DNA of 63,880 bases, the filler included, from Folioceros fuciformis (taxonomy: Eukaryota), in the NCBI GenBank assembly GCA_049999805.1. It is 9 parts of 9 records of this genome, joined end to end, with 100 filler letters (N's around TTAATTAATTAA, not from the genome) between each part and the next. Parts side by side here need not be neighbours in the genome. Positions count along the whole stretch, not along the records: positions 1 to 3,933 come from JBNGIO010002647.1; positions 4,034 to 7,476 come from JBNGIO010002648.1; positions 7,577 to 20,624 come from JBNGIO010002649.1; 6 more parts are not named here. One strand, 5' to 3'. This document shows positions 1 through 11,427 of this stretch, in pieces. Each line of letters starts with the position of its first letter. Position 1 is the stretch's first letter. The notes beneath the pieces were generated by a model, which was not told where the DNA came from, made no database searches, and was given only the letters and a program-made list of their open reading frames with translations. The translations under genes and the position numbers were made by a program.

Positions 1-3000
1 GGTGCAACAACGCACATATGTTTTGACAGCAATGCCTTTGCAACTTATCAGCCAGTAACAGATCAGTTTGTTTACCTGGGTGATAATAGATTCCTTGGAA
101 GAGGAACAGTAAACCTTAAAGTTCCTTCAGGCATTACTCTGTTGCTCACAGATGTATATTTCGTACTTGAGATGACAAGGAATCTTATATCTGTTAGAAA
201 GTTAAACATGGATAACAATACACACATCCTGTTTACTCCTACAAAATGTAAGATTATAGATGCCATTGATCCTCATAAGATCTTGGCATATGGATCATCT
301 GACAGTGATCTTTTTCGTCTTCACACCAATAATGGTCCTGCACAAACTCACTTAGCTTCACAGGCTATTATGCTTCTGCAAAGCAAATTGAAAAGGGGAA
401 GTTATGGCATGCCCGTTTAGGTCATCCACATAGTTCCAAGTTATAGCAGTTGGCTACAAGTGACTTGTATCATGATGGCCAAATTGGTTCCTTGCCTCCC
501 TTACCTCTCTGTGAAGCATGTGTACTTTCCAAGTGCCATCAGGCTGCCTTCAAGAATAAGACTCCACATCGAGCTTCTAAAGTGCTTGAATTGGTCCATA
601 CTAATATTTGTGTGGACCCCTCTCACAGCCCTCTATTGGTGGACCCCTCTCTATTCAAGGAATATATAAAGTATGTAGAGAGATGGACTGGACAACAATT
701 AAAAACACTTCGCTCAGACAATGGGAGCGAATACACTTCAAATGAGTTTCAAACATTTTGTGCAAATGAAGGGATTGGCAGACAATTTACCGTTGTTTAC
801 ATGCCACAACAGAATGGTGTTGCAAAATGCCTCAACCTCACTCTTTAGGAGATGGTTTCTTCACTACTGCATCATGTAGCTTTACCCCTACCATATTGGG
901 CCGAAGTCCTTATGACATCTGTTGACCTGTTCAACAAATTGCCAACTACTGCTATTGAAGGGCAGACCCCATATGAAGCATTTCTTTGCAGAAAACCTTC
1001 TATTCAACATCTTCGTACCTTTGGGTGTATTGCTTATGCCTTCATTCCTAAGGAGAAGAAAAAGAAGTAATCTGCAAAGGCCAGAAGACTTCTTATGATT
1101 GGCACACACAGGGGATAAAAGCTTACAAACTCTATGACATCTCTCGTGACAAAGTGATCTACTCACGAAGTGTTACATTTGATGAGGGAAAATTTCTACC
1201 TTCAGTGGGAGCTTCTCCCACTCAGGAGGCCGATGATACATCTTTCCCTTTCCCTGATGTAACCTTGTTTGATGATTCTCCTCATGAGGATGTTGCTCCT
1301 GCAAGCGGGGAAGATCAACAAGGTCAAGAAGTGCATCAACAGGAAGAGTTAGTAGTGGATGCAGAAGACAATCATAACTTTGATGATCTGCAGCAACAAC
1401 CTCCTCATGACGAGCAACTCCCTGTCTTGACCCCACAGCCAATACGCCGTTATCCTACCAGAGAATGTCGAGCACCTGATTATTATCAAGCTCCTAACTT
1501 TAGACCTATCTCTTCCTATGCTCAAGCACACTGTCTTACTTTCCTGGACCCACTTGACCCTCAGTCTCTACATGAAGCTTTAAGTCGACCTGATCATAAG
1601 GAATGGGAGAAAGCCATTCAATTGGAATACGATTCCTTAATTAAAAATGGTACCTGGGAGATAGCTAAACTTCCTTCTGACAGAGAACTGGTATCCTGCA
1701 AGTGGGTATTTAAATTGAAAGTAAAGGCTGATAGTACCTTCGATAGGTACAAAGCCAGGCTTGTTGCAAGAGGCTTCTCTCAAATTCATGGCCTTGATTA
1801 CTTTGAAACCATTGCTCCAATTGTCAAACCTGCTACACTGCAAACCATGTGTGCAATTTCAGCTCACAGAGACAACAAATTGCAGATGTTTGATGTCAAA
1901 ACAGCATTCTTAAATGGGAAGATAGATACAGAGATCTATATGCAGCAACCCCCTAGCTATGAGATTCAAGGCAAGGAGGAATATGCCTGCAAACTTAAGA
2001 AGTGTCTTTATGGACTGAAACAGTCTGCCATGAAATGGAATGAAGAATTGGACAAGGAACTTCTAGCTTTAGGCTTTACAAAAAGTAAAGTTGATGGTAG
2101 TTTATACTTATACAAAAGCAGAGGTAATATGCTACTTAGCTGTATATGTTGACGATCTTATACTCTCCAGCAATACTCAGTTGTATATTGATAAGATCAC
2201 TGATCTGCTAGCCACAAAATTCAAAATGTCAAATCTTGGTCCACTTCAGAGTTGCCTAGGTAGATTGCCTAGGTAGGATCTATATTCAAAGGAATATACG
2301 AACTAGGGTTATTACTCTAACTCAACCAAGATACTTACTTGACTGTGCTGAACAATTCGGCCTCAAAGATGCTAAAGTAGTGGCTACACCCCTCCCAAGT
2401 GGCTTAAAGCTTAGCAAGAGCATGTCACCTATCACACAAAGTGACAAGGATCAGATGGTCAACGTTCCCTACAAACAAGCAGTTGGTAAACTCATTTACG
2501 CTGCTAACACAACCAGACCTGAAGTCGCCTATGCAACTAGTGTGATGTCGCAATATCTCAAGAACCTTGGACAGGAACACTAGCGTTGTGTTAAACGAGT
2601 ACTTCGGTATCTGAAGGGAACAACAAAAAAAGTCATACAATACTCTTACCAATCAGGGGTTCCTCTTGACTTGAAGGTTTATACAGACTGTGTCTAAGCT
2701 GAAGATCTGGACACCAGAAAGTCCGTATCTGGATATTGTGTTTGTATCGCTGGAGGACCCATATGCTGGTCCAGTAAAAAGCAGCCAACAATGGCGCTGT
2801 CCAGCACTGAAGCTGAATATCGGGTTCTGACAGCAGCAGCTAAGGAAATAGTCTGGTGCAAGCTTCTATTTTCAGAAATGGGGATCGACATTCCAACTTG
2901 CACAACTATACACACAGACAACCAAGGCTCGATCGCTCTTGCTAAGAACCCAGTCTTCCACTCAAGGACGAAACACGTGGAAGTTGAATACCACTACATT

Positions 3001-3130
3001 TGTGAGTTAGTATCTACAAGAACAATCAAACTCCAATATATTTCCACACAAGACAACCCAGTAGATTTTTAACTAAAGCTCTTGGACAAGAGCTACATGA
3101 AAAACACGTAAAGGGTCTTGGACTAGGGGA
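1..3130 (+). mobile_element. Degenerate Ty1/copia pol (protease end, GAG-pre-integrase, integrase, RT, RNase H)
   Basis: Fragmented ORFs in copia order: GATTHICF, WHARLGHP/CEAC, LRSDNGSEY, WVFKLK...YKARLVARGF, DVKTAFLNG, YVDDLI, ALSSTEAEY, RTKHVEVEYH. Many stops and frameshifts. Confidence 0.95.
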
Positions 3131-3720
3131 GTCAGAGACTTTCCTAGCTGATCCAACCTAAACTATGCTACTTACAAGACCCGCGTAAGTGTCCCTGTCA
3201 TATTGACTGTCAGACACATACACTGCTGCTGAGGCTTTCTTTGGGTTGTCAGAGTCATTATCAGTACTGGAGGATAGCTGTATGTAGTCCTCACTGAGCA
3301 CTCTGTCTTCCATGATCTTGTGCACAGAACCTGCTGTGTGAGTTACATGTCGACAGCAAACGATTTTCAGAACCAATGGGAGTAGAGAGCGGGAAAGACA
3401 CGTGGAAGGTTGGACTTACGGTAGTAGCTGATAACATGGCCTGGAAACTCGTCACTCTCACAGACCCTAATCCTCTCCATCACAATCGTGGACAAAGTGC
3501 ACCTATACCAAAGGGGAGAGTTTGGCTTCGCAACAGTCCCCAAATGATTCAGGTATCCTTCTTAAGGCTACCCCTTGGGAACCTGAGGGAAACAAGAGGC
3601 CTTCCCTCGCCTTCCTCCCACATCGCGACTGAACCTGAGTCAGTAAAAACAGGTAGCTTATGTTGAGTCAGTCGCTTGCTTGCAGCTCTATGTCCTGCAA
3701 ATGATGGAGGACGTGCGCGG

Positions 3721-3933
3721 TGTGAACCTCCGTTTGGGGTAGTAGTTTGTTTTGGTTGAAAAAGGGTTAATAGTGGTATGGTTTGGTTTTCTTTTTCAAC
3801 TTATTTTCCCTAATTTTCCTTGATTTTCTGGTCATTTTTCCTATTTTTCTTTGTGCTAATTAGGTTAATTGACTAGGAAATAGTTGGTTTGGTTATAAGA
3901 GTGGGTATAGGTTTGGTCCTAGACCTGGGAAGG
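3721..3933. mobile_element. Terminus of a repeated LTR-like element (TGTGAACCTCC... family), cut by assembly gap
   Basis: Starts TGTGAACCTCC. Its reverse complement recurs at 7577-7657 and 62871-62916, both ending ...GGAGGTTCACA next to unrelated flanks. Confidence 0.75.
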
Positions 3934-4033
3934 NNNNNNNNNNNNNNNNNNNNNNNNNNNNNNNNNNNNNNNNNNNNTTAATTAATTAANNNNNNNNNNN
4001 NNNNNNNNNNNNNNNNNNNNNNNNNNNNNNNNN
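3934..4033. other. Artificial contig linker (N44-TTAATTAATTAA-N44); also at 7477-7576, 20625-20724, 39917-40016, 46193-46292, 58859-58958, 60426-60525, 62771-62870
   Basis: Identical 100-bp N-padded spacer with stops in all six frames, repeated eight times. Confidence 0.98.
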
Positions 4034-7000
4034 CTATCAAATTGACAAACTCACCAGTACTAATTATCATATTTGGAGTGTCAAATCAAGAATGTTATGA
4101 CTAAGGAATGATTTGTGGAAGGTGGTTATGGAACCGATGTCAAACCTGCAGCAGGCCATGCTGATGAACCTGCTTGGTTACAACGCGATTCTAAAGCACT
4201 TTCCGATCTGATTCTCCATGTTGGAGATCGTCAAATACCCTTTCTTAGTAAGTGGACAACCTCCAAGGAAGTTTGGGACAAGCTGGCTACCACCTATCAA
4301 GCCGTCAGCATGGCTTCCAAACTTCATCTACTAGACAAACTTGCAGCCACCCGCTTGCAAGAAGGGGACTCTTCCCTTGACTTCTTGGAGACTTGGCAAG
4401 GTGTTTTGGATGAGGCCCTTTCCACCGGGCTGAAGATAGATGATGAAGAACAAGTCATGCACTTGTTGCGGTCTCTGCCACCCTCGTGGCAACCCTTCGT
4501 ATCCACTCAATCTAGCATGTATACACCTGCCAATACATTAACATTGACAGTATTAATCTCGAAGATTATGCATAATGCAGTCCTTAGGTCAAATCCTACT
4601 CAATCTTCTAAGGGTTCTACTGCTCTCTTTGCTGGGAGTTCTAAGCATTGGAAGAAGTCCTCTGGTAGACCACCGTCTGCCTCTAAGTTTCCTCCATCCA
4701 ATCCTGCTCACAAGGACAAAACTTGCCATTATTGTCAAAAGAAAGGCCATATTGCTCCTGATTGTAGGAAGAAGAAACAGGACAAATCGTCTGGCGTTTC
4801 ATCCTCAAACTCTCAAGCAAACCTTGCTCACTCAGCTCCTATCCATCTGTTCTCTATCACCTCTACAAGTGATGAATATCTGCAGGACACATGGTATCTC
4901 AATACTGGTGCCACGGAGCACATGACTCCTAAAAGGGAGTGGTTTCTTACTTATAAACCTCTCTCCCAACCTCGTTAAGTCTTCATGGGTGATAACACTT
5001 CTTACGTGGCTGCTGGTGTAGGCTCTGTTCAAATAGAGCTTCCTACTCCCCACCATCATATCATTATTGTTGATAATGTGCTTCATGTACCTGGTCTTGC
5101 TAAGAACCTCATCTCTGTACATGAGGCTACAAAGATTAGCGGGAGCAGTATGCAATTTTTTCATAATCGTTGCAAAGTTATTTCTCTTACAACCTCTGGT
5201 CAGCAACTCACCTTTGATTGTCCCCAATCTGGAAGGTTGTATCCCCTTGGTAGAGGTCTCCCCGTTGCTAAAGGGTCAGGCTCTGCTGTTAGCCTTATAG
5301 TCTCTACAGCTCTTGCCCAAGCAACCACCACTTTGTGGCACCATCGGTTCGCTCACTTGAATCTTAATTCTATCAAACAAATGCAAAGATTAGACATGGT
5401 TGTCGGTCTTCCTCACAGGTTGACAGATCTTCCTCTTTGTGAAGGCTGCCTTAAAGGGAAGCAACGTGTCCATAAGTTCTCAGCTTCCACTAGTAAAAGT
5501 ACAGCCTTGTTAGAATTAATTCATGCTGATCTTTGTGGTCCGATGCACACCCAATCCTTGGCCGGCAAATTATACATGTTTGTCCTTCTAGATGATTTCA
5601 GTCACCTCACTAGTGTATATTTTCTGCGGCACAAGCCCGAAACCTTGCATTATTTTCAGCAATTCAAGGCACTAGTGGAAAATAAGCTCAACCACAAAAT
5701 CAAGATTTTCAGAGCTGATGGGGTTGGTGAGTTTACATCAAGGAATTTTCGGAGCTTCCTCTCTTCAGCTGGGATACAACTCCAACATACCACCCCTTAC
5801 ACTTCTCAACAGAATGGCAACGCTGAAAAGAGGAACCAAGACTTGCTGAATTCTGGTCGTAGTATGCTATAGGCTGCAAATCTCCCTCATTTCCTCTGGG
5901 CAGATGCTGTGGCTACAGCATGTTATGTTCAAAATAGATGCAGCACATTTGCATTGCAGGGCAAAACTCCATTTGAAATCTGGACAGGCCATAAACCCAC
6001 TTTGAAGCATCTTAGAGTTTTTGGTTGTCTGGCTTACCAACATGTTCCAGATGAACAACGGAAGAAGCTTGATCCCAAGTCCAAGCAACTTACCTTTATT
6101 GGTTACGGTGAGCTCCATGGTGTGAAGGGTTACCGGTTACTGGATCGACAAACTCGGCGTGTCACTCTCAACCGTAGTGTGCGCTTTGATGAAGATTCAG
6201 TCCTCACTTCTAACAAGGAAGCCCCTTATCACTCCGAGGCCTCTCCTATTGTTGATCCCTCACATGGCGTGTTGGCTTCTTTCGATGATGATGACGATAC
6301 CACACCGTCCTCACCTATACCAGCTCCACTAGCTACGGAACAGGCCATTGTTCCTAATGCTCCTGCCCCACCTCTTGGCTATCCACCCACACCACTTGTG
6401 GCAACGTCGAAGCAGAGACCATGGTTCTCACCGTATCAGCAGGCTGCACTTCACTTACCTTTACCATCAGGTTCCGATGTTTTTCTTGAGGAAGACTTTA
6501 AGGATGCACCATCTTTGCACTCTGACCCTAGAGAAGGCTGAGGGGCGGACACTAACCAAGATCTAATTGATCAATCTATATCACCTGGTTCAGCTTAGCC
6601 TCCACAATTGTCAACTTCAGATGCATCTACGGAGGGAGTCTCTGAACCCATACCTTCTCTTAGTAGACACTCATCTAGATCCAATCGTGGCATCCCTACT
6701 GTCAAATTTCATGACTTAACTTTTACACCTTCTTGAGGATTGATGGCACATGCTCTCTTAACTCAAGCTGGAGGCCCATCCACTGTGCATGAAGCTTTTG
6801 CAGGTACTGAAGCCCCACACTGGAAGGCAGCCATAGACGATGAGTACAACTCACTGCTGCTCAACAAGACATGGGTACTTGTAGACCTGCCATCTGGAAA
6901 GCACGTCATCAGCTGCAAATGGGTCTTGAAAAAGAAATACAAAGCAGATGGCTCACTGGCTCGGTACAAAGCACGTCTAGTTGCTTGAGGGTACACCCAA

Positions 7001-7098
7001 CGTGAAGGCCTGGATTATACTGAAACATTCAGTCCTGTGGTAAAACTAACCTCACTAAGAGTCATACTTGCCTTGGCTGCCCTTCATAATTTGCATGT
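4034..7098 (+). mobile_element. Degenerate Ty1/copia gag-pol, interrupted in RT
   Basis: UBN2-type gag (LLRSLPPSW), zinc knuckle CHYCQKKGHIAPDC, protease WYLNTGATEHM, WHHRFAH/CEGC, integrase HADLCGP...RADGVGEF, RT start WVLKKKY...YKARLVA. In-frame stops at 4976, 5870 and 6986. Confidence 0.95.
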
Positions 7099-7476
7099 TG
7101 TGAATGAAAAAAACTTTCGGAATCCCCATTTTGAGCGACGGAATGAGTAGGTTGTGATTCTTTTTGTGAAGGGACAGGCGAATCGGCTTAGTAAGCGAGT
7201 AAGACCAGGGTGTTTATACCCAAAGTTCACCTTGGGCTTCGGGGTTTGGGGGTGTACTGGAGATCGGGACAAGGAGGAAGGAGGAAGCAGCGAGTGCCTC
7301 CCTGACCCTCAAGTCCTTGAGAACATTCAGGTAGGCCAAAGTAAGGGCCGAGACGACGGGGCGACGGTAGCCGGCAGGGCAACCGTCGCCGGAGGAACGA
7401 CTGGTGGTAGCCCGATGGGCGGAGAAAGCAGGCAGGGTATAAAAACCCTAGAGAAAGGGGAGCTTTGTCCAGTATC
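7099..7476. mobile_element. LTR-like insertion beginning TGTGAATG into the copia RT, cut by gap
   Basis: Copia RT homology stops abruptly at 7098. The new sequence starts TGTGAA, the inverse of the TTCACA terminus of the repeated element. TATA-like GTATAAAAA near 7437. Confidence 0.6.
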
Positions 7477-7576
7477 NNNNNNNNNNNNNNNNNNNNNNNN
7501 NNNNNNNNNNNNNNNNNNNNTTAATTAATTAANNNNNNNNNNNNNNNNNNNNNNNNNNNNNNNNNNNNNNNNNNNN

Positions 7577-7657
7577 TGAAAAAGAAAACCAAACCATACC
7601 ACTATTAACCCTCTTTCAACCAAAACAAACTACTACCCCAAACTTTGGAGGTTCACA
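7577..7657. mobile_element. LTR-like element terminus (...GGAGGTTCACA)
   Basis: Near-identical to 62871-62916 and to the reverse complement of 3721-3800. Confidence 0.75.
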
Positions 7658-8490
7658 CAAGTCTTCACGGTCTTGTTAGAACACATTTTGGCCAGGTAGC
7701 TACGGATGAAATCAGCCTGTTTGGTTAGTGGTGATCATTGACACTGACGGATTCACTAGTAAATCCCAATGTGCAGGTGGGAAGGCACACCGGTTCGACT
7801 CGCAATACTCCGGTGACAGAAGGCACTTCAAAATGTAGGAGTTGTGCGCCTAGAGCTTCTGTAGCGGCTCAAAATGAGCCACCATCTATAGGGGAGCCGC
7901 GGAACTTTTGTCATTCGCTTTAGCCAAGGTGGATTGTGGAACACAGAAAGATGTAGTGGTAGATGATGAGGACCAAGCTGCTTGCTGACCTGATTGCCAC
8001 GCAAAAGGCCCCATACATAACATTACACCACTGTTATTAGCTGCAACAACCAAGCTGCCATCCCACATCACTGTTAAGGACTTGACAGTAGTGTCCACAA
8101 CACTTCAGTACCTTGTAAACACCGACCGTTGGTCACATAAACCCAGCCAACAAACTAGATTGTTGAATGCCGATGAACTTAGAGAAAGGATCCCCTCAAA
8201 ACGCACCGGTTGGAAGCTGCAAGAGTTGGCTGTAAGATCCCGACTTCTAATAGCCCCATTCTGATCTCCATAAATCAACTCTTGCTACAGAAACGCCATC
8301 TATCGGATGATTCAAAAGGATAATACATCCAAAGAAACAAGAGAGTGCAGTGCGCTGCATCGCCAAGGTGATGCTGGGATGGAAAGTGTTAGGAGAGACG
8401 TGTCTTATGACTCATGGAAATGGTACCTGGTTAGGGCGAAGCACAACCGTGTTAACACCACTCGGCTCTCATACTCTCTTTGACATCTTG
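7658..8490 (-). pseudogene. LST8: Partial genomic duplicate of LST8 (internal exons plus introns)
   Basis: Collinear with ~17650-18475 including introns. Encodes [18 protein letters not shown]. Has a +1 frameshift (GGTGTAATG vs GGTGTATGC) and an insertion near 8100. Both ends are missing. Confidence 0.9.
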
Positions 8491-8694
8491 TTAAACTTTC
8501 CCTTTCACGTGAGACATGGTTTACTTTTGTGGTTTATTTATTTTAAACAAAACTCACTTATGTGCTCTAGTACAGTTTTGAACCTCATTTTCGTCCCTGG
8601 GTACAATACATGAGTAATTATAGCAATCAAAACCCAATTCCATGGCATAACTAGTAGTACTCTTGTCATTTGTTGTCCGAAACATTTATCTAAC

Positions 8695-8798
8695 ATAACG
8701 AGTAGCGTTACTCTTGAAAGGATCTTCTCCATAACGAGTAGTGTCACTCTGAAAGGATCTTCTCCATAATGAGTGGTGTTACTCTGAAAGGATCTTCT
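8695..8798. repeat. 3 x ~35-bp tandem repeat (ATAACGAGTAGYGTYACTCTGAAAGGATCTTCTCC)
   Basis: Three adjacent near-identical units with no spacers. Confidence 0.85.
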
Positions 8799-8919
8799 TC
8801 GTCGTTCTCTAAAGGGCACTTGTCAATGGATTATGTAGGATTGTTGGAAAGTGCAAGCCTTGCGGCTTTTATGGTAGGCACTTGTGGTAAGGTTGGCCAA
8901 TGCGGTTTGTAGGACGGTG

Positions 8920-9570
8920 AAAAGTGCAAGTAGGCACTAGTGGTAGGTAGTAGGCCCTTCGTCATTTCATGCCACGATATCCTCGAGGTGATAGGATAGC
9001 AACAAGTACAGGTCTAGGAACTTCATCGGCACTAGTGGTAGATAGCCCCTTTGACATTTCACGCCACAACATCTTCGGAGCGACAAACATATGACATGTG
9101 CAAGTCTTGGACCATCATGGGTAGGTACCGATGGTAGGTATGCCCCTTGTCATTTCCAACCATGACATCCTCGGAGTCATAGGATGGCAACAAGTGTAGC
9201 CCTGGCAACTTCATTAGTCGGTGTTGGTGGTAGGTAGCCCCTTGATTCATCGTTTTACACCACAACATGCTCCGAGTGTTCGGAGGGCGATAAGTGCAAG
9301 TGTGGCAGCTTCATCGGGAGGAACATGTGGTAGATGGGCCATTCGCCACTTTACACCACGACATCCTCGCAACAATAATTAGACGACAAGTGTAAGTTTG
9401 GCAACTTCACTGGTAGGCACTAGTGGTATGTGGTCCCCTTTGTCATTTCACACGACAATATCCTGTGAGTGATGAGGCATCGATAATTGCTAGTCTAGCA
9501 CCTCCATAGGCAACGATGGTAGATGGGCCATTCATCATTTCACACCACGACATCCACGGAGTGATAGCAA
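8920..9570. repeat. Degenerate ~95-100-bp tandem array (~6-7 units), probably TE-internal
   Basis: Recurring blocks AAGTGYAAG...GGCACTAGTGGTAGRT...CCC...TCATTTCACRCCACRACATCCT. Confidence 0.7.
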
Positions 9571-9950
9571 GGTATGAGAATAATGTCCGTGGAAGATAAT
9601 CTCCCTTTGGCCCTCTTCAAGTTGTTTCTCACTCTCTTTTTTAGGGTAGATAGGATCTCCTATCTCTTTTCAGTAAAATATGTAAGTCTAAGGGTCAAAG
9701 TTAGATCTTAGGAATTATATTATTAAAGCAATAGCTATAAATATGAGTGATAAAGCAAAAAATTAAAAAAAGAACAAGAAGAAAACATTGCAAGTTGAAA
9801 AGTGGAACTAATTTGCTAATTTATCTTAAATTGCCTAAACTTTTAAACCTAAAAACTTAATTTTAGATATATATTACTATGACATATTTTGATTTCGTCT
9901 AAAGGTACACCAAATGTTGATTTGAAATCATTTGATTATAATATGTGAAC

Positions 9951-10545
9951 CTAGTGAATTGGTTCAACATCAAATTGAGAAAAATCAAAATCACAAGTAT
10001 CAAAAGCATTTGGAGGATCTATAAAATGACTGTTTAAAATTGTTCTTGAAATTGTTTTATAAAAAGCTTCCGTAGGATGAAGACCATCCCAATTTAAGTA
10101 TTGATTTGGATTGTCGCACATTGTTGCATTTGGTGAACTACACATTGCGTTCGGATTAAAGTTATATTTTCCTTCTCCTCCACAACATGAAGAGTTTTGA
10201 GGTAAGAATGTAAGAAACTCTGCTGAACACCCAATGGGAGGCACATTAAAAACCAAAAAAATTCTAGCTCTTATATCACATAAGTCTCTCAAGCGTAGTA
10301 CAATTACTTCAACCACAGTAGGCACCATCATCACTAATTGTTCTGCTGAGTAATTATGAACAGCTATCGCTACGTTATAATCGTTGGCACCCATACTAAC
10401 AACATATAATCCCTTGGAAAAATGTGATTCATCTAGTACGTATCCACTCCACATTGATCCATAATTTGATTGACTTTGTGGGTCGACATAGAATTGCTTA
10501 AACTAATTCATTTGTTGGCAGAGATGAAAAGGAATATTACTCGCT
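9951..10545 (-). pseudogene. GDSL/SGNH esterase-lipase C-terminal fragment, intronless, internally deleted
   Basis: Motifs KGLYVVSMGANDY, ARIFLVFNVPPIGC, CCGGEGKYNFN, QYLNWDGLHPTEA (DxxH). The upstream part (IPFHLCQQMN*FKQF) has a stop. The GDSL block and the block between PPIGC and CCG are missing. Confidence 0.8.
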
Positions 10546-11189
10546 ATAAGGCGAGTAATATTAAAATTATTACTACTCGTTAAAATTATTAAAATAATTT
10601 TAAGTAATATTAATTTTATTACTCCGCTCGAAGGCACGACACCAAGTCACTTGTTGTCAAAAGGCCACGAGACCAAATAATGCCTCTTGCAAGAGGATGA
10701 ACCAATGTGCATCGGAACAAAGCTTATCTCGACATAACCCTCTCTTTGTGTACCCTAGGGCCCTATGGATTTACCAAGGCACATCAAGGACAAAACTTAT
10801 TTTGACGAACAATCTCTTTGTGAACACATCTCTATGCTTTTGACGAGCAATCTTATCGATTACACATCCCTATGCTTTAGGCACATCGGGGACAAAGCTT
10901 CTTGTGAGAGAATAATCCCTCCTTGTAAAGAGCCCTACCACTTTATGTGCACTTAACACAAGGCTTATTTTGATGAAACCTCCCTTCTTGTACATGGCCC
11001 TATTTGTTTCTTTGCACACACATGGGGAACAAAGCATATTTTGATGGAACCCTCGTTTTACGTGCACACGGGGAAAAAGCTTATTCTGTTGGAAGCTAGA
11101 ACCTCTTATACACAACGCTATGGCTTTTCTAGGGTCGTGCTCTCTATATTGTTCCAATTTCAAATGGCTTTGCACAACATGTTCTATTA

Positions 11190-11262
11190 GATATATGTAT
11201 ATGTATACATATATATATATAATGTATATGTGTACGTATATGTATATATATATACGTATATG
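11190..11262. repeat. Imperfect (TA/TG)n microsatellite upstream of the SET gene
   Basis: Direct reading: atatatgtatatgtatacatatatatat... Confidence 0.9.
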
Positions 11263-11427
11263 TAGAGAGAGATGGAAATATCACTAAAAAGTCCTCTAAA
11301 TTCTGGGAAAGTATGTCCGATGACGGGATGGGCCGTGCTGTGGCCGGTCCATGGAGGTGAGACTCCTTTCAACTTCCCCTTGATCCGGACAACCGCGTAT
11401 CGCTTTTTGTTGTAGCCAGCAGGGCGG

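Noticed and set aside
3934-4033. Recurrent TTAATTAATTAA palindrome as a biological motif
   Set aside because: Always centred in identical N padding; an artificial six-frame-stop contig linker.
8695-8798. ~35-bp repeats (also 25565-25722) as CRISPR arrays
   Set aside because: Units are head-to-tail with no unique spacers, there are no cas genes, and the context is eukaryotic.
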